Positions 9,343 through 16,428 of a DNA stretch of 45,685 bases are shown here, in pieces. The position numbers were made by a program, and so were the translations under genes. Each line of letters opens with the position of its first letter. Positions within the stretch are counted from its first letter, which is position 1. The notes beneath the pieces are model-generated. The model saw only the letters and a program-made list of their open reading frames with translations, did not search any database and was not told the origin of the DNA. The stretch comes from a virus, in the IMG/VR virus record IMGVR_UViG_3300037692_000109, positions 1-45,685 of that record, one strand, 5' to 3'.

Positions 9343-9629
9343 GCGCTCGCCCGCTCAATAGCCGCCCGGCCCAAAGGAAGGTCAGCCAGCATTCCGAGTG
9401 CGTGCATGTAGGATTCAATCACCGCCTGTTGTTCGGTCCGTTCGTCCGCGTCCTGCTTGCGCATTTGAACGATCTTGCGCAGCGCCTTCACGTCGTAGCC
9501 GTTGCCCTTGGCCTCGGCGTAGATATCCGAAATGTCGGATTGAAGCTCAGCCTTCTGCTCTGCCAACCTTTCGATCCGCTCGATAATGGATTGAAGTTGT
9601 GCAGAGGCATTGTTGCCAATCTGGCTCAT
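9339..9629 (-). CDS. gapR: GapR-like (DUF2312) nucleoid-associated protein
   Basis: QLQSIIERIERLAEQKAELQSDISDIYAEAKGNGYDVKALRKIVQMRKQD is near-colinear with Caulobacter GapR. Confidence 0.85.
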   Translation of the reverse strand: MSQIGNNASAQLQSIIERIERLAEQKAELQSDISDIYAEAKGNGYDVKALRKIVQMRKQDADERTEQQAVIESYMHALGMLADLPLGRAAIERASA

Positions 9630-9704
9630 TGCGTACCTCTTTCATTAGATTTTCTCTCTGATACGCAAACGCTACAAAACGCTAGTAAAATCAGGCTTTT
9701 TAGG

Positions 9705-9890
9705 TCACACTCGGTACTGAAAAAACACATCGCCACCATTGGTAAGATGCAGATGAACAACACATGGCCGCCATTCAACGAAGCGAAGCCACGTCCATCC
9801 GGCGTTTGACGTTCTAACTGGCCGCCATGCGAACCAACGCCGCCAGTCATCGACAGGATCAGCAAACAACGGTGAGCATTCGAACGTCAT
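9705..9890 (-). CDS. Hypothetical Trp-rich small protein
   Basis: 61-aa ORF in the operon; weak RBS. Confidence 0.4.
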   Translation of the reverse strand: MTFECSPLFADPVDDWRRWFAWRPVRTSNAGWTWLRFVEWRPCVVHLHLTNGGDVFFQYRV

Positions 9891-9899
9891 GCCGCCATC

Positions 9900-10292
9900 T
9901 CAAATCCCGAGGGTGAACTGTTCCCGCTCTTGCTCGTAAGCCGCAGCGCATAGCTTGGCGCGCAAGACTTCCTGCCACCACGGCGCTTTGCAGCCGCGCA
10001 TGAGATATTCGAGGACGATCCAGCCCGCGTCGGTGTGAAGTAGTTTGATGATCGCGCGTGAAGGTGGATCAACCGCGCCTTTGCACCAGTCGTAACAGGT
10101 GCGTTCGGCTTCGCTTGTGAGATGGTGAACTGCGGCGGCCGGTTTGTCTTTCGACAGCCGTTTCGCGAGTCCCGGAAACCACTTACCGCCTTTGCGACTA
10201 GTCGCGAAAGATTCGATGATCGAAAATTCTCTGCGAACCGTCGCGACGACTTCGCTGGCGCTGTTCCGCGCCACTGATACGCTTTGAGCCAT
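9900..10292 (-). CDS. Hypothetical early protein
   Basis: 130 aa, with a GGAG RBS 8 nt upstream of the ATG at 10292. Confidence 0.55.
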   Translation of the reverse strand: MAQSVSVARNSASEVVATVRREFSIIESFATSRKGGKWFPGLAKRLSKDKPAAAVHHLTSEAERTCYDWCKGAVDPPSRAIIKLLHTDAGWIVLEYLMRGCKAPWWQEVLRAKLCAAAYEQEREQFTLGI

Positions 10293-10431
10293 GACGCAAC
10301 TCCTACAAACGCAATACTGGAACCGGATATGCGCAACACAATCGATGACGACATTCGACAGCTCGCGCCGTTACTCGCGCTGGCTATCTCTACCGCTGTC
10401 TTTGCTGTGGTCGTTTGGTGGGTGTTTTGAG

Positions 10432-10500
10432 TTCCGCGTTCCCCCGACGCGGAAAAGGGCACCCCGGCTGTGCGGCGTATGTTATGCGCAGCCGGGGTGC
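10432..10500 (-). terminator. Two hairpins immediately downstream of the cro-like gene; the first is terminator-like
   Basis: A perfect 12-bp stem (GCACCCCGGCTG at 10459..10470 pairing with CAGCCGGGGTGC at 10489..10500) is followed on the minus strand by CCTTTTCC. A second 7-bp stem pairs 10432..10438 with 10448..10454. Confidence 0.55.
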
Positions 10501-10545
10501 AGTAGCGGCGTCCGGGAGGTGGACAGCCGTGGGGAAGCTGGCAGT

Positions 10546-10785
10546 TCATGACGCGGCTGCCGATGTTTGCTTATCCGGTCGTATTTGCGTCATGCCCCAA
10601 AGCGCGGCCGGCGCGGATTTGCCGATCTCGGCAAGCGCCTCGGTCATGACTACGTAGGTGTTCGATGGAAATCCGTTGGTCCACATATAGACCGCCGAAA
10701 CTTGCCGGCCTGTCAGCTTTGCGACTTTCGCGTAGCCGCCAAGCGCTTCGAACACCGCTGATGATGTTTCGAGAAAATCAGACAT
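10546..10785 (-). CDS. Cro/YdaS-like HTH regulator, first gene of the leftward early operon
   Basis: 79 aa. The GGYAKVAKLTGRQVSAVYMW segment is HTH-like. Divergent from the XRE repressor gene. Confidence 0.65.
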   Translation of the reverse strand: MSDFLETSSAVFEALGGYAKVAKLTGRQVSAVYMWTNGFPSNTYVVMTEALAEIGKSAPAALWGMTQIRPDKQTSAAAS

Positions 10786-10794
10786 TCCTCAAAT

Positions 10795-10821
10795 CTAATC
10801 CAAATAATTTTTAGCCGCAAG
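10795..10821 (-). promoter_or_regulatory. Early promoter/operator element, copy 1 (leftward)
   Basis: The reverse complement reads CTTGCGGCTAAAAATTATTTGGATTAG, 26/27 identical to 11482..11508. It can be read as TTGCGG-17 nt-TAGATT and ends 9 nt before the cro-like ATG. Confidence 0.5.
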
Positions 10822-10874
10822 GTCAAAAATTGCTTCATAGCCAACCAAATTATTTTTTTGCACCTTCCGGCGCT

Positions 10875-11183
10875 ATGGATAAGCTTGGGACAGGAAAAGA
10901 CGACCCGGTAGCGCGGCGCGTGCGGCGCTTGCGAACGGTTATGGAATACGAATCCCCCGGTGCTTTTGCAGCCTTTTTGGGATATTCCGCCCAGCGCTGG
11001 GGCAACGTCGAAAACGGCCACCCCCTAAGCCGGGACATAGCCTTCAAGCTCGTCCAGATGTGCCCTGGACTGACCTTAGATTGGCTCTATTTCGGCAAGC
11101 CGGACGGGTTACCGTTGGAATTAGCGCGCCGGTTGGGGGAAATACCCACTGGCCGGGCAAAACGCACCAGCGAGCCCCGCTGA
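10875..11183 (+). CDS. XRE-family HTH repressor (CI-like candidate)
   Basis: RRVRRLRTVMEYESPGAFAAFLGYSAQRWGNVENG...LDWLYFG is a typical XRE HTH. The start is uncertain (ATG at 10875 or TTG at 10830) and there is no strong SD. Confidence 0.7.
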   Translation: MDKLGTGKDDPVARRVRRLRTVMEYESPGAFAAFLGYSAQRWGNVENGHPLSRDIAFKLVQMCPGLTLDWLYFGKPDGLPLELARRLGEIPTGRAKRTSEPR

Positions 11184-11338
11184 GGGTTTGGGAGGGTTGT
11201 GGATAAGTCCCGTCCTGTCCCCCACTCTACAAGCTCCGTAAGGTAGCCAAGCACCAATATAGCCTCGTCGTGGTCTGCCGGTAATTGGGCGGCAAGTTGC
11301 AAAGCGTTGGCTTTGAGCTTTTCACGCGTATCTGTCAT
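11087..11338 (-). CDS. Hypothetical ORF convergent with, and overlapping, the repressor 3' end
   Basis: 84 aa from the ATG at 11338. There is no SD, and a TATAGA hexamer lies 4 nt upstream, so the mRNA could be leaderless. The C-terminal third overlaps the XRE gene antisense. Confidence 0.3.
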   Translation of the reverse strand: MTDTREKLKANALQLAAQLPADHDEAILVLGYLTELVEWGTGRDLSTTLPNPQRGSLVRFARPVGISPNRRANSNGNPSGLPK

Positions 11339-11481
11339 GTTTCTATACCCTATTGATTTGACTATCAATTATTGAGTTTTCTCGCATTCCTCCACCGTAG
11401 ATTGACATTGTGTCATGTGGCGGACGTTCGGCGCTATACAAATTTTCGTGCCCAGAAAATCCAAATATATTTTAAATAGGG

Positions 11482-11508
11482 CTTGCGCCTAAAAATTATT
11501 TGGATTAG
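11482..11508 (+). promoter_or_regulatory. Early promoter/operator element, copy 2 (rightward)
   Basis: CTTGCGCCTAAAAATTATTTGGATTAG, which can be read as TTGCGC-17 nt-TAGGTT. It lies 28 nt upstream of the ATG at 11537. Confidence 0.5.
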
Positions 11509-11536
11509 GTTCTCTCCTACAGCAACGGAGAGCGAC

Positions 11537-11683
11537 ATGGCCAAGCTGATCGAAATCAAGAGGGACGGTCAGAAGCTTCCCTTCCACGCCTACGTCAACG
11601 GCAAGTTGCTTCGCAAGAAAGACGGCACAGGCCGCAGGTTCAAGACAGAAGCCGCCGCCCGCAAAGCGGCGGAGGCCGCTTGA
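11537..11683 (+). CDS. Hypothetical small basic protein, first rightward early gene
   Basis: 48 aa with a GGAGAG RBS. Confidence 0.5.
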   Translation: MAKLIEIKRDGQKLPFHAYVNGKLLRKKDGTGRRFKTEAAARKAAEAA

Positions 11684-11753
11684 GCCGCTGTGTCAAACGC
11701 GCACGGCACTGAGATGTGCACACGCACGAAGTAGAAGCCAAAGGATTGAGACA

Positions 11754-12179
11754 ATGAACGACAGTAATTCTAGCGATCTCACCACTGGTGATCCGAAGCC
11801 CTCAGTTGCCGCGCACACTCCGGGGCCTTGGGCTCACAGCATGGACGGAACGCTCCCGATCTACATCGCCACAAAGGATGGTCGGTGGAAGCACGTTCCC
11901 GGCACGCTGATCGCTGAAGTCGGCGCGAAGCTTACAGTTGGAACTGGCGACTTTCAGGAAGACCTCGCCAACGCGAGGTTGATCATAGCCGCGCCGGATA
12001 TGCTGGCATTCTGCCGCGAAGTCGCGAACACCTTTGCCGATGCAAAGTATCCCGGCTCGCAGGAAAGCCGTCTCCGCAATGCGGCACTCGCGCTAATCGC
12101 GAAAGCAACACGCTCAGCGCCTGGATCACCAGTGGCTCGCGATCAGAGCAACGGGCAGTCGTTGTCCAAAGAGGCCTGA
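11754..12179 (+). CDS. Hypothetical protein
   Basis: 141 aa with an AAGGA RBS. Confidence 0.65.
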   Translation: MNDSNSSDLTTGDPKPSVAAHTPGPWAHSMDGTLPIYIATKDGRWKHVPGTLIAEVGAKLTVGTGDFQEDLANARLIIAAPDMLAFCREVANTFADAKYPGSQESRLRNAALALIAKATRSAPGSPVARDQSNGQSLSKEA

Positions 12180-12180
12180 C

Positions 12181-12384
12181 ATGCTCGACAAGACCAAACA
12201 GCCTTTCAGCGGCGCGGTCATCTTCGACAAGATCGAGGACATGCTGACATTCATGGGCTGGCAGTCGGATATGTCGCCCAAGGCACAGGCCGAACGGGCT
12301 GCTTGGCAGGACGAAGCCGCGATGAGCCCGAACGAACGCCGGGAAGCCGCCGAAGCACGCCGCGCTAAATCGGGTGCCGCATGA
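12181..12384 (+). CDS. Hypothetical protein
   Basis: 67 aa with an AGAGG RBS. Confidence 0.55.
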   Translation: MLDKTKQPFSGAVIFDKIEDMLTFMGWQSDMSPKAQAERAAWQDEAAMSPNERREAAEARRAKSGAA

Positions 12385-12533
12385 TCTCACAGCATCAAGC
12401 CAACGAAGCGAGCAGGATTTGCGCCCGTGCTCTTGAGCAGATCGCAGCTATCGCGCGCGATATTGCGGAAATGAAGAAGGCCGCCGACGAGTTTAACACG
12501 CGCATGGCTGAGCAAAATAGCCGACATGGCTGA
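12381..12533 (+). CDS. Hypothetical small helical protein
   Basis: 50 aa (MISQHQANEASR...). Below the ORF-track size cutoff. ATGA overlap with the upstream stop. Confidence 0.45.
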   Translation: MISQHQANEASRICARALEQIAAIARDIAEMKKAADEFNTRMAEQNSRHG

Positions 12534-12766
12534 TGACCAATCATTCAGAGGGTGAAATGACCAAAGACGAATTGAACAACCGCCGTCAACGCAGCGCGAT
12601 TATGGATGCTGCCGCGAATTGCTGGGACCCGATTGATGGAAAGCGACTAGCCGACCAATTGCGGGAAGCGTGCAACGGGCATCCGAACGCGGAAATCCCT
12701 TGGCCGCACCGGCTTTTGCACGAAGCCGCCGACGCTCTTGAAGCCAGAGCGGCAAGCCATGAATGA
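12533..12766 (+). CDS. Hypothetical protein
   Basis: 77 aa. An alternative start at 12557 has a GAGGGTG RBS. Confidence 0.55.
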   Translation: MTNHSEGEMTKDELNNRRQRSAIMDAAANCWDPIDGKRLADQLREACNGHPNAEIPWPHRLLHEAADALEARAASHE

Positions 12767-12944
12767 GCAATGGAAGCCCATCAGCACCGCACCCGAAACT
12801 GGTGAGCAAATCCTTGTCTGGTTCATGGGGCAGTTCAAGTGGTTTTCCTATGTGGCCGACGCATGGGGATCAAAAACCGGCGGCGGTCAACGGGCAGCGC
12901 CGACGCATTGGACCCCGATCATTCCGCCAACTCGGATCGCATAA
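12759..12944 (+). CDS. DUF551-like small protein
   Basis: 61 aa; the W.PISTAPETGEQILVW motif is typical of DUF551-type phage proteins. Confidence 0.55.
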   Translation: MNEQWKPISTAPETGEQILVWFMGQFKWFSYVADAWGSKTGGGQRAAPTHWTPIIPPTRIA

Positions 12945-12964
12945 CACGCATTAAGGAGCCGACG

Positions 12965-13219
12965 ATGGCAAAGCCGCAAACGAAAATTCCGCGCAAGATG
13001 CTCGATGAACTGAAGGCCGCCCGCAAAGCGGCGCAGTTCGACGAAATGTCGCAATTTGATTGGGCAGACAGCAAATGCACGGTCACTTGCCGCAGCGGCG
13101 ACTTCGAAGGTCGCCCCGATACCTTCATCAAAGAGCGCACGCGCATCTACCGGCAAAGCTGGATCATTCCGCAACTTGATGCCGTGATCGCATGGGCCGA
13201 AGGGCGCGACGTTCGTTAA
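12965..13219 (+). CDS. Hypothetical protein
   Basis: 84 aa with an AAGGAG RBS that lies inside the repeated junction sequence. Confidence 0.65.
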   Translation: MAKPQTKIPRKMLDELKAARKAAQFDEMSQFDWADSKCTVTCRSGDFEGRPDTFIKERTRIYRQSWIIPQLDAVIAWAEGRDVR

Positions 13220-13235
13220 CAGGGGTAGAACAATC

Positions 13236-13418
13236 ATGGCAGTAAGAAAACGATGTGACAAAGGTGAATGCCGCCTCTTTGATCTGGAGGCGAAAAACCG
13301 AAGTCTTCTGGCGACGTTGCAGGAAATCGTCAAGGACATGGAGGCCAACGGCATGCAGTCTTGGACCGTAGCCAATAAAGCCAGAGCCGCCATCGCCAAA
13401 GCCACAGGTGCCGCATGA
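13236..13418 (+). CDS. Hypothetical protein
   Basis: 60 aa with an AGGGG RBS. Confidence 0.55.
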   Translation: MAVRKRCDKGECRLFDLEAKNRSLLATLQEIVKDMEANGMQSWTVANKARAAIAKATGAA

Positions 13419-13547
13419 CCGCAGACACCCTCGCCTATCGCTTCTCACTTGGCCTCATGGTCTGCGGTTCGCTGGCGCTGATGGTCCTGGTGAACTTGAA
13501 GCGGTCATGAGGCATTTAACGCTTATTAGAACTCAGGGAGAAATTTC

Positions 13548-13709
13548 ATGTTGATCGTAGTTGGAAATGCACTGCTCGGAGCCGCCGTTGGGTCGCTTTT
13601 GGTCGCCGCCGTTCTTGACGCCAATTTCACGTTGGGCGGTCGCGCCTACTACTGCACGCTGGCCGCGATGGTTTTTTCCGGGGCCGTTTGCCAGATGCTT
13701 TCGCGTTAA
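13548..13709 (+). CDS. Small membrane protein with two hydrophobic segments
   Basis: 53 aa (MLIVVGNALLGAAVGSLLVAAVL...) with a GGGAGA RBS. Below the ORF-track cutoff. Confidence 0.45.
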   Translation: MLIVVGNALLGAAVGSLLVAAVLDANFTLGGRAYYCTLAAMVFSGAVCQMLSR

Positions 13710-13766
13710 CTGCGGATTAATGAACATCAAATCGAACGTAACCAAACACAACCAAAGGGGAATGCA

Positions 13767-14165
13767 ATGAACTACTCGACAGCGGTTTTTGTGATCAACA
13801 GCAAGATCATGGCGATCCTTGCGACCTACGAGGACGGCCAGAAGAAGACGATGTTTAAGACGCTGGACCAGTCTATCGCCCCTGGCGATTTGGTCGTGGT
13901 CCCTACCGATACTCGGCACAAGATGACGGTCGTCAAAGTCACCGATGTGCGCGTGAATATCGACCTTGATGACCCTACTCCGGTCGCGTGGGTCGTAAAC
14001 AAGGTTGATAAGGAAGGCTTCGACGCCCTGCTCAAGCAGGAAGTTCACGCAATCGAAGTCATCAAGTCTGCCGAGTTCAAGAAGCGTCGTGACGAAATGC
14101 GCGATGCCATCACGGCAAATGCCGAAGAACTTAAGGCGCTGCCGATCTACGCGAACGGCAAGTAA
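13767..14165 (+). CDS. Hypothetical protein
   Basis: 132 aa with an AAGGGG RBS. A TTAA-N7-TTAA motif lies about 50 nt upstream. Confidence 0.65.
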   Translation: MNYSTAVFVINSKIMAILATYEDGQKKTMFKTLDQSIAPGDLVVVPTDTRHKMTVVKVTDVRVNIDLDDPTPVAWVVNKVDKEGFDALLKQEVHAIEVIKSAEFKKRRDEMRDAITANAEELKALPIYANGK

Positions 14166-14321
14166 CGGAATTGGTGGCTGTGACCTAGTGCCCTCTGCCT
14201 CATAGGAGTGGCCACCGGCTTAGAGACGCATGCGCGTCTCTAATAAAGAAAGAAGTTCTGGTGAGGGGTGGGCGTGAGGTCAGGGCGAAGTCCACCCCTC
14301 CGAGGAACTTGGAGATACGAA
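14166..14321. other. Structured intergenic region with three stem-loops, including a 24-bp perfect palindrome
   Basis: Stem GGTGGC (14173..14178) pairs with GCCACC (14211..14216). TTAGAGACGCATGCGCGTCTCTAA (14220..14243) is a perfect palindrome. GAGGGGTGG (14263..14271) pairs with CCACCCCTC (14292..14300). Confidence 0.6.
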
Positions 14322-14447
14322 ATGGCTAGCTGTCCAAAGTGCGGGAAAATGAAGGTTTCGAAAAATACTGAGGGCGTTCGCCGTTGCTCGCATTGTGGGC
14401 CAACTGCAAAGCCTCAGCATTGTTCTGAAACGGAAACGAACAAATGA
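14322..14447 (+). CDS. Small zinc-ribbon protein
   Basis: 41 aa (MASCPKCGK...RRCSHCGP) with two CxxC pairs and a GGAGA RBS. Confidence 0.5.
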   Translation: MASCPKCGKMKVSKNTEGVRRCSHCGPTAKPQHCSETETNK

Positions 14448-14614
14448 CCCTCACCGAGCGCCTTGAACGTCTCAACACCGACCGAGCGAAACTAATCGCC
14501 CGGTTTGGCAAGCGCCGAGAACAAAAGCGCGCGGCCAAAGACGTAGAGCGCGAGCTGGTGCGGGTGACGGCCAAGGTTCTGAAATTCGAACGGAAAGCGG
14601 AGAAAGTAAAATGA
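14444..14614 (+). CDS. Hypothetical small basic helical protein
   Basis: 56 aa, with ATGA overlaps at both ends. Confidence 0.5.
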   Translation: MTLTERLERLNTDRAKLIARFGKRREQKRAAKDVERELVRVTAKVLKFERKAEKVK

Positions 14615-14856
14615 GCGTCCCGACTGACGAAACCATGGATTGCCTGCGCAAGATCGAAGCCGTCTCGGTTTCGTTTGAAATGCGGGCGCGTTGGATCACC
14701 GATGACGTGAACGCGCTGGTCAACCTGCCATCATGGGAAACCAGGGCAGAGGACCGGCTGGCCAAGGCCGAGCATCAAGTGCGCCGTGCCTTGCAGACCA
14801 TTGAACAGGCGCGGGCCTTGCTGCTCAAGAAGCGCCCGCTTCAGGCAGCGGAGTAA
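14611..14856 (+). CDS. Hypothetical protein
   Basis: 81 aa, translationally coupled. Confidence 0.55.
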   Translation: MSVPTDETMDCLRKIEAVSVSFEMRARWITDDVNALVNLPSWETRAEDRLAKAEHQVRRALQTIEQARALLLKKRPLQAAE

Positions 14857-14861
14857 CCAGT

Positions 14862-15620
14862 ATGCTTGCCCCGATAGGTCACAATCAGCCGCCAGGCGTC
14901 ATTGACGCAGCGCGTGACACTATGGCCGCGTTGTCGGATTGGATGAAAGACCGCCCTGTCATTGAAACCGACGAGGACGCCAAGGGCGCCAAGCTATTGC
15001 TGGACCGCGCCAAGGGCTGTGCCGGCGATCTGGAAGCCGAGCGGATCAAGCTGGTTACGCCGCTGAATGAACAGCTTGCGGAAATCAACGGCACCTACAA
15101 GCCGGTCCACAATACCGACGCCAAGAAGCCCGGAATGCTGGATCGCGTTGTTATCGAATTAAAGGCCCGACTGTCGGTGTTCATGAAGGCCGAGGAAGCC
15201 CGGCGCGAAGCAGAGGCCGAGCGCCTGAGATTGGCAGCTATCGAAGCCGAGCGGCTGGCGCGAGAAGCAGAGGCCAAGGAACGCGAAGCTATCGAAAACG
15301 CTAAGGCAGGCGAGCTTGGGGTGGACGTAACCCAAGTGGTGGTTGAGGCCAACAGTAGGTTTGCCGATTTCAAGAAGGCTGATCGCACCGCCGCCCGTGC
15401 CGAGAAGGCAACGAACGTGAAGGTTGGCGGCGGCTGGGGCAACGCGGCGTCTCTGCGCACCAAAGAAACACTCATTTTGGAGAGCTACGGCAAGGCGATC
15501 AAAGCCATCGGCCCACATGAAGGAATTCGCGACGCAATCCTTTCCGCCGCGCGTGAGTATCGAAAAGAGAAGGGATGCCTACCCGAAGGCGTAGTTTCTG
15601 AAACCGAGCGCAAGCTTTAA
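14862..15620 (+). CDS. Conserved phage coiled-coil protein with an N-terminal HNQPP motif
   Basis: 252 aa with a GGAG RBS. The central section is a Glu/Ala/Arg-rich coiled coil. Function unknown. Confidence 0.7.
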   Translation: MLAPIGHNQPPGVIDAARDTMAALSDWMKDRPVIETDEDAKGAKLLLDRAKGCAGDLEAERIKLVTPLNEQLAEINGTYKPVHNTDAKKPGMLDRVVIELKARLSVFMKAEEARREAEAERLRLAAIEAERLAREAEAKEREAIENAKAGELGVDVTQVVVEANSRFADFKKADRTAARAEKATNVKVGGGWGNAASLRTKETLILESYGKAIKAIGPHEGIRDAILSAAREYRKEKGCLPEGVVSETERKL

Positions 15621-15632
15621 CAGGAGATATGA

Positions 15633-16232
15633 ATGCCTCTCAACCTTTCAGTCAGTGACGGCGATTTCACGCCATACATCAAATACAATGCCAAGGCCGG
15701 GCGCTGGTACGTTAAGCCGGAGGGTGCAAGCGAGGAAGTCGAAGTCATCAATCCGGCTCTCGCCTTCGATATGGCGAACATCCGCACCGGATGGCTTTTC
15801 TACAATGAAGGCTCTGGACCTGAGAAGGTTTGGGACCCATCGCCTCAGCAGGTCGCGCCGAAGCCCCCTGGCCCACGCAAGTTCAAGCGCGGATTCGAGG
15901 TCATGGTGTACGGCAACGGCATGGTTGGCGGCAAAAAGCTTGGCCTTCGCGAGTTCTCCAGCACCGCCTCAAACGTAATCGGCGCGCTGCTTCGCATGTA
16001 TGCCGAGTATGAGGCGGGGGCGCCGGCCAACGTTGGCAAGGTGCCGGTCTATATCTGCAACGGCGTGAAGGCCATCAATGGCTCCTATGGAGTGAACTAC
16101 GAGCCGCAATTCACGCTTCAAAGCTGGGTTGACCGCACTCGCGTTCCCGAATTCGACAAGCACGCCGAAGCCGCGCCGAAGCCGAAAGAGTTGGCCGGCG
16201 CTGACGCCATGGACGATGAAATCCCGTTCTGA
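15633..16232 (+). CDS. Protein ending in an SSB-type acidic tail (DDEIPF); candidate ssDNA-binding or SSB-mimic protein
   Basis: 199 aa with an AGGAGA RBS. The C-terminus ...GADAMDDEIPF resembles the bacterial SSB C-terminal tip D-D-D-I-P-F. Confidence 0.7.
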   Translation: MPLNLSVSDGDFTPYIKYNAKAGRWYVKPEGASEEVEVINPALAFDMANIRTGWLFYNEGSGPEKVWDPSPQQVAPKPPGPRKFKRGFEVMVYGNGMVGGKKLGLREFSSTASNVIGALLRMYAEYEAGAPANVGKVPVYICNGVKAINGSYGVNYEPQFTLQSWVDRTRVPEFDKHAEAAPKPKELAGADAMDDEIPF

Positions 16233-16242
16233 GGACTGACAC

Positions 16243-16428
16243 ATGAGCGAGCCCGCCGCCTTTACGGCCACCTACAGCGATCTGAAAGTAGTGCGTACCC
16301 GTCAGGTCGTACAATTCATATTCGAGGTGCCGATAGAGGCGGCGGATCATGCCTGCAATGTTTTGGGAGGGATGCCCTCCCCGATGGACGAACGTTGGTT
16401 TGCAATAGCCCGCATGGAAAAGAAATGA
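16243..16428 (+). CDS. Hypothetical protein
   Basis: 61 aa with a GAGGA RBS. Confidence 0.55.
   Translation: MSEPAAFTATYSDLKVVRTRQVVQFIFEVPIEAADHACNVLGGMPSPMDERWFAIARMEKK

Noticed and set aside
9887-10549. 220-aa minus-strand ORF spanning the cro-downstream spacer and the gene at 9900..10292
   Set aside because: It is the alternative frame of a better-supported gene that has a GGAG RBS at 10292. It runs through the two hairpins, and its Arg/Ser/Ala-rich composition is typical of shadow ORFs in GC-rich DNA.
11403-11408. TTGACA hexamer as the -35 of an additional rightward promoter
   Set aside because: No acceptable -10 lies at 16-18 nt spacing. The nearest CTATAC is about 26 nt away.
13533-14048. 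171-aa minus-strand ORF
   Set aside because: It is antisense to two plus-strand genes (13548..13709 and 13767..14165) that have good RBSs and fit the operon direction. It has no RBS of its own.
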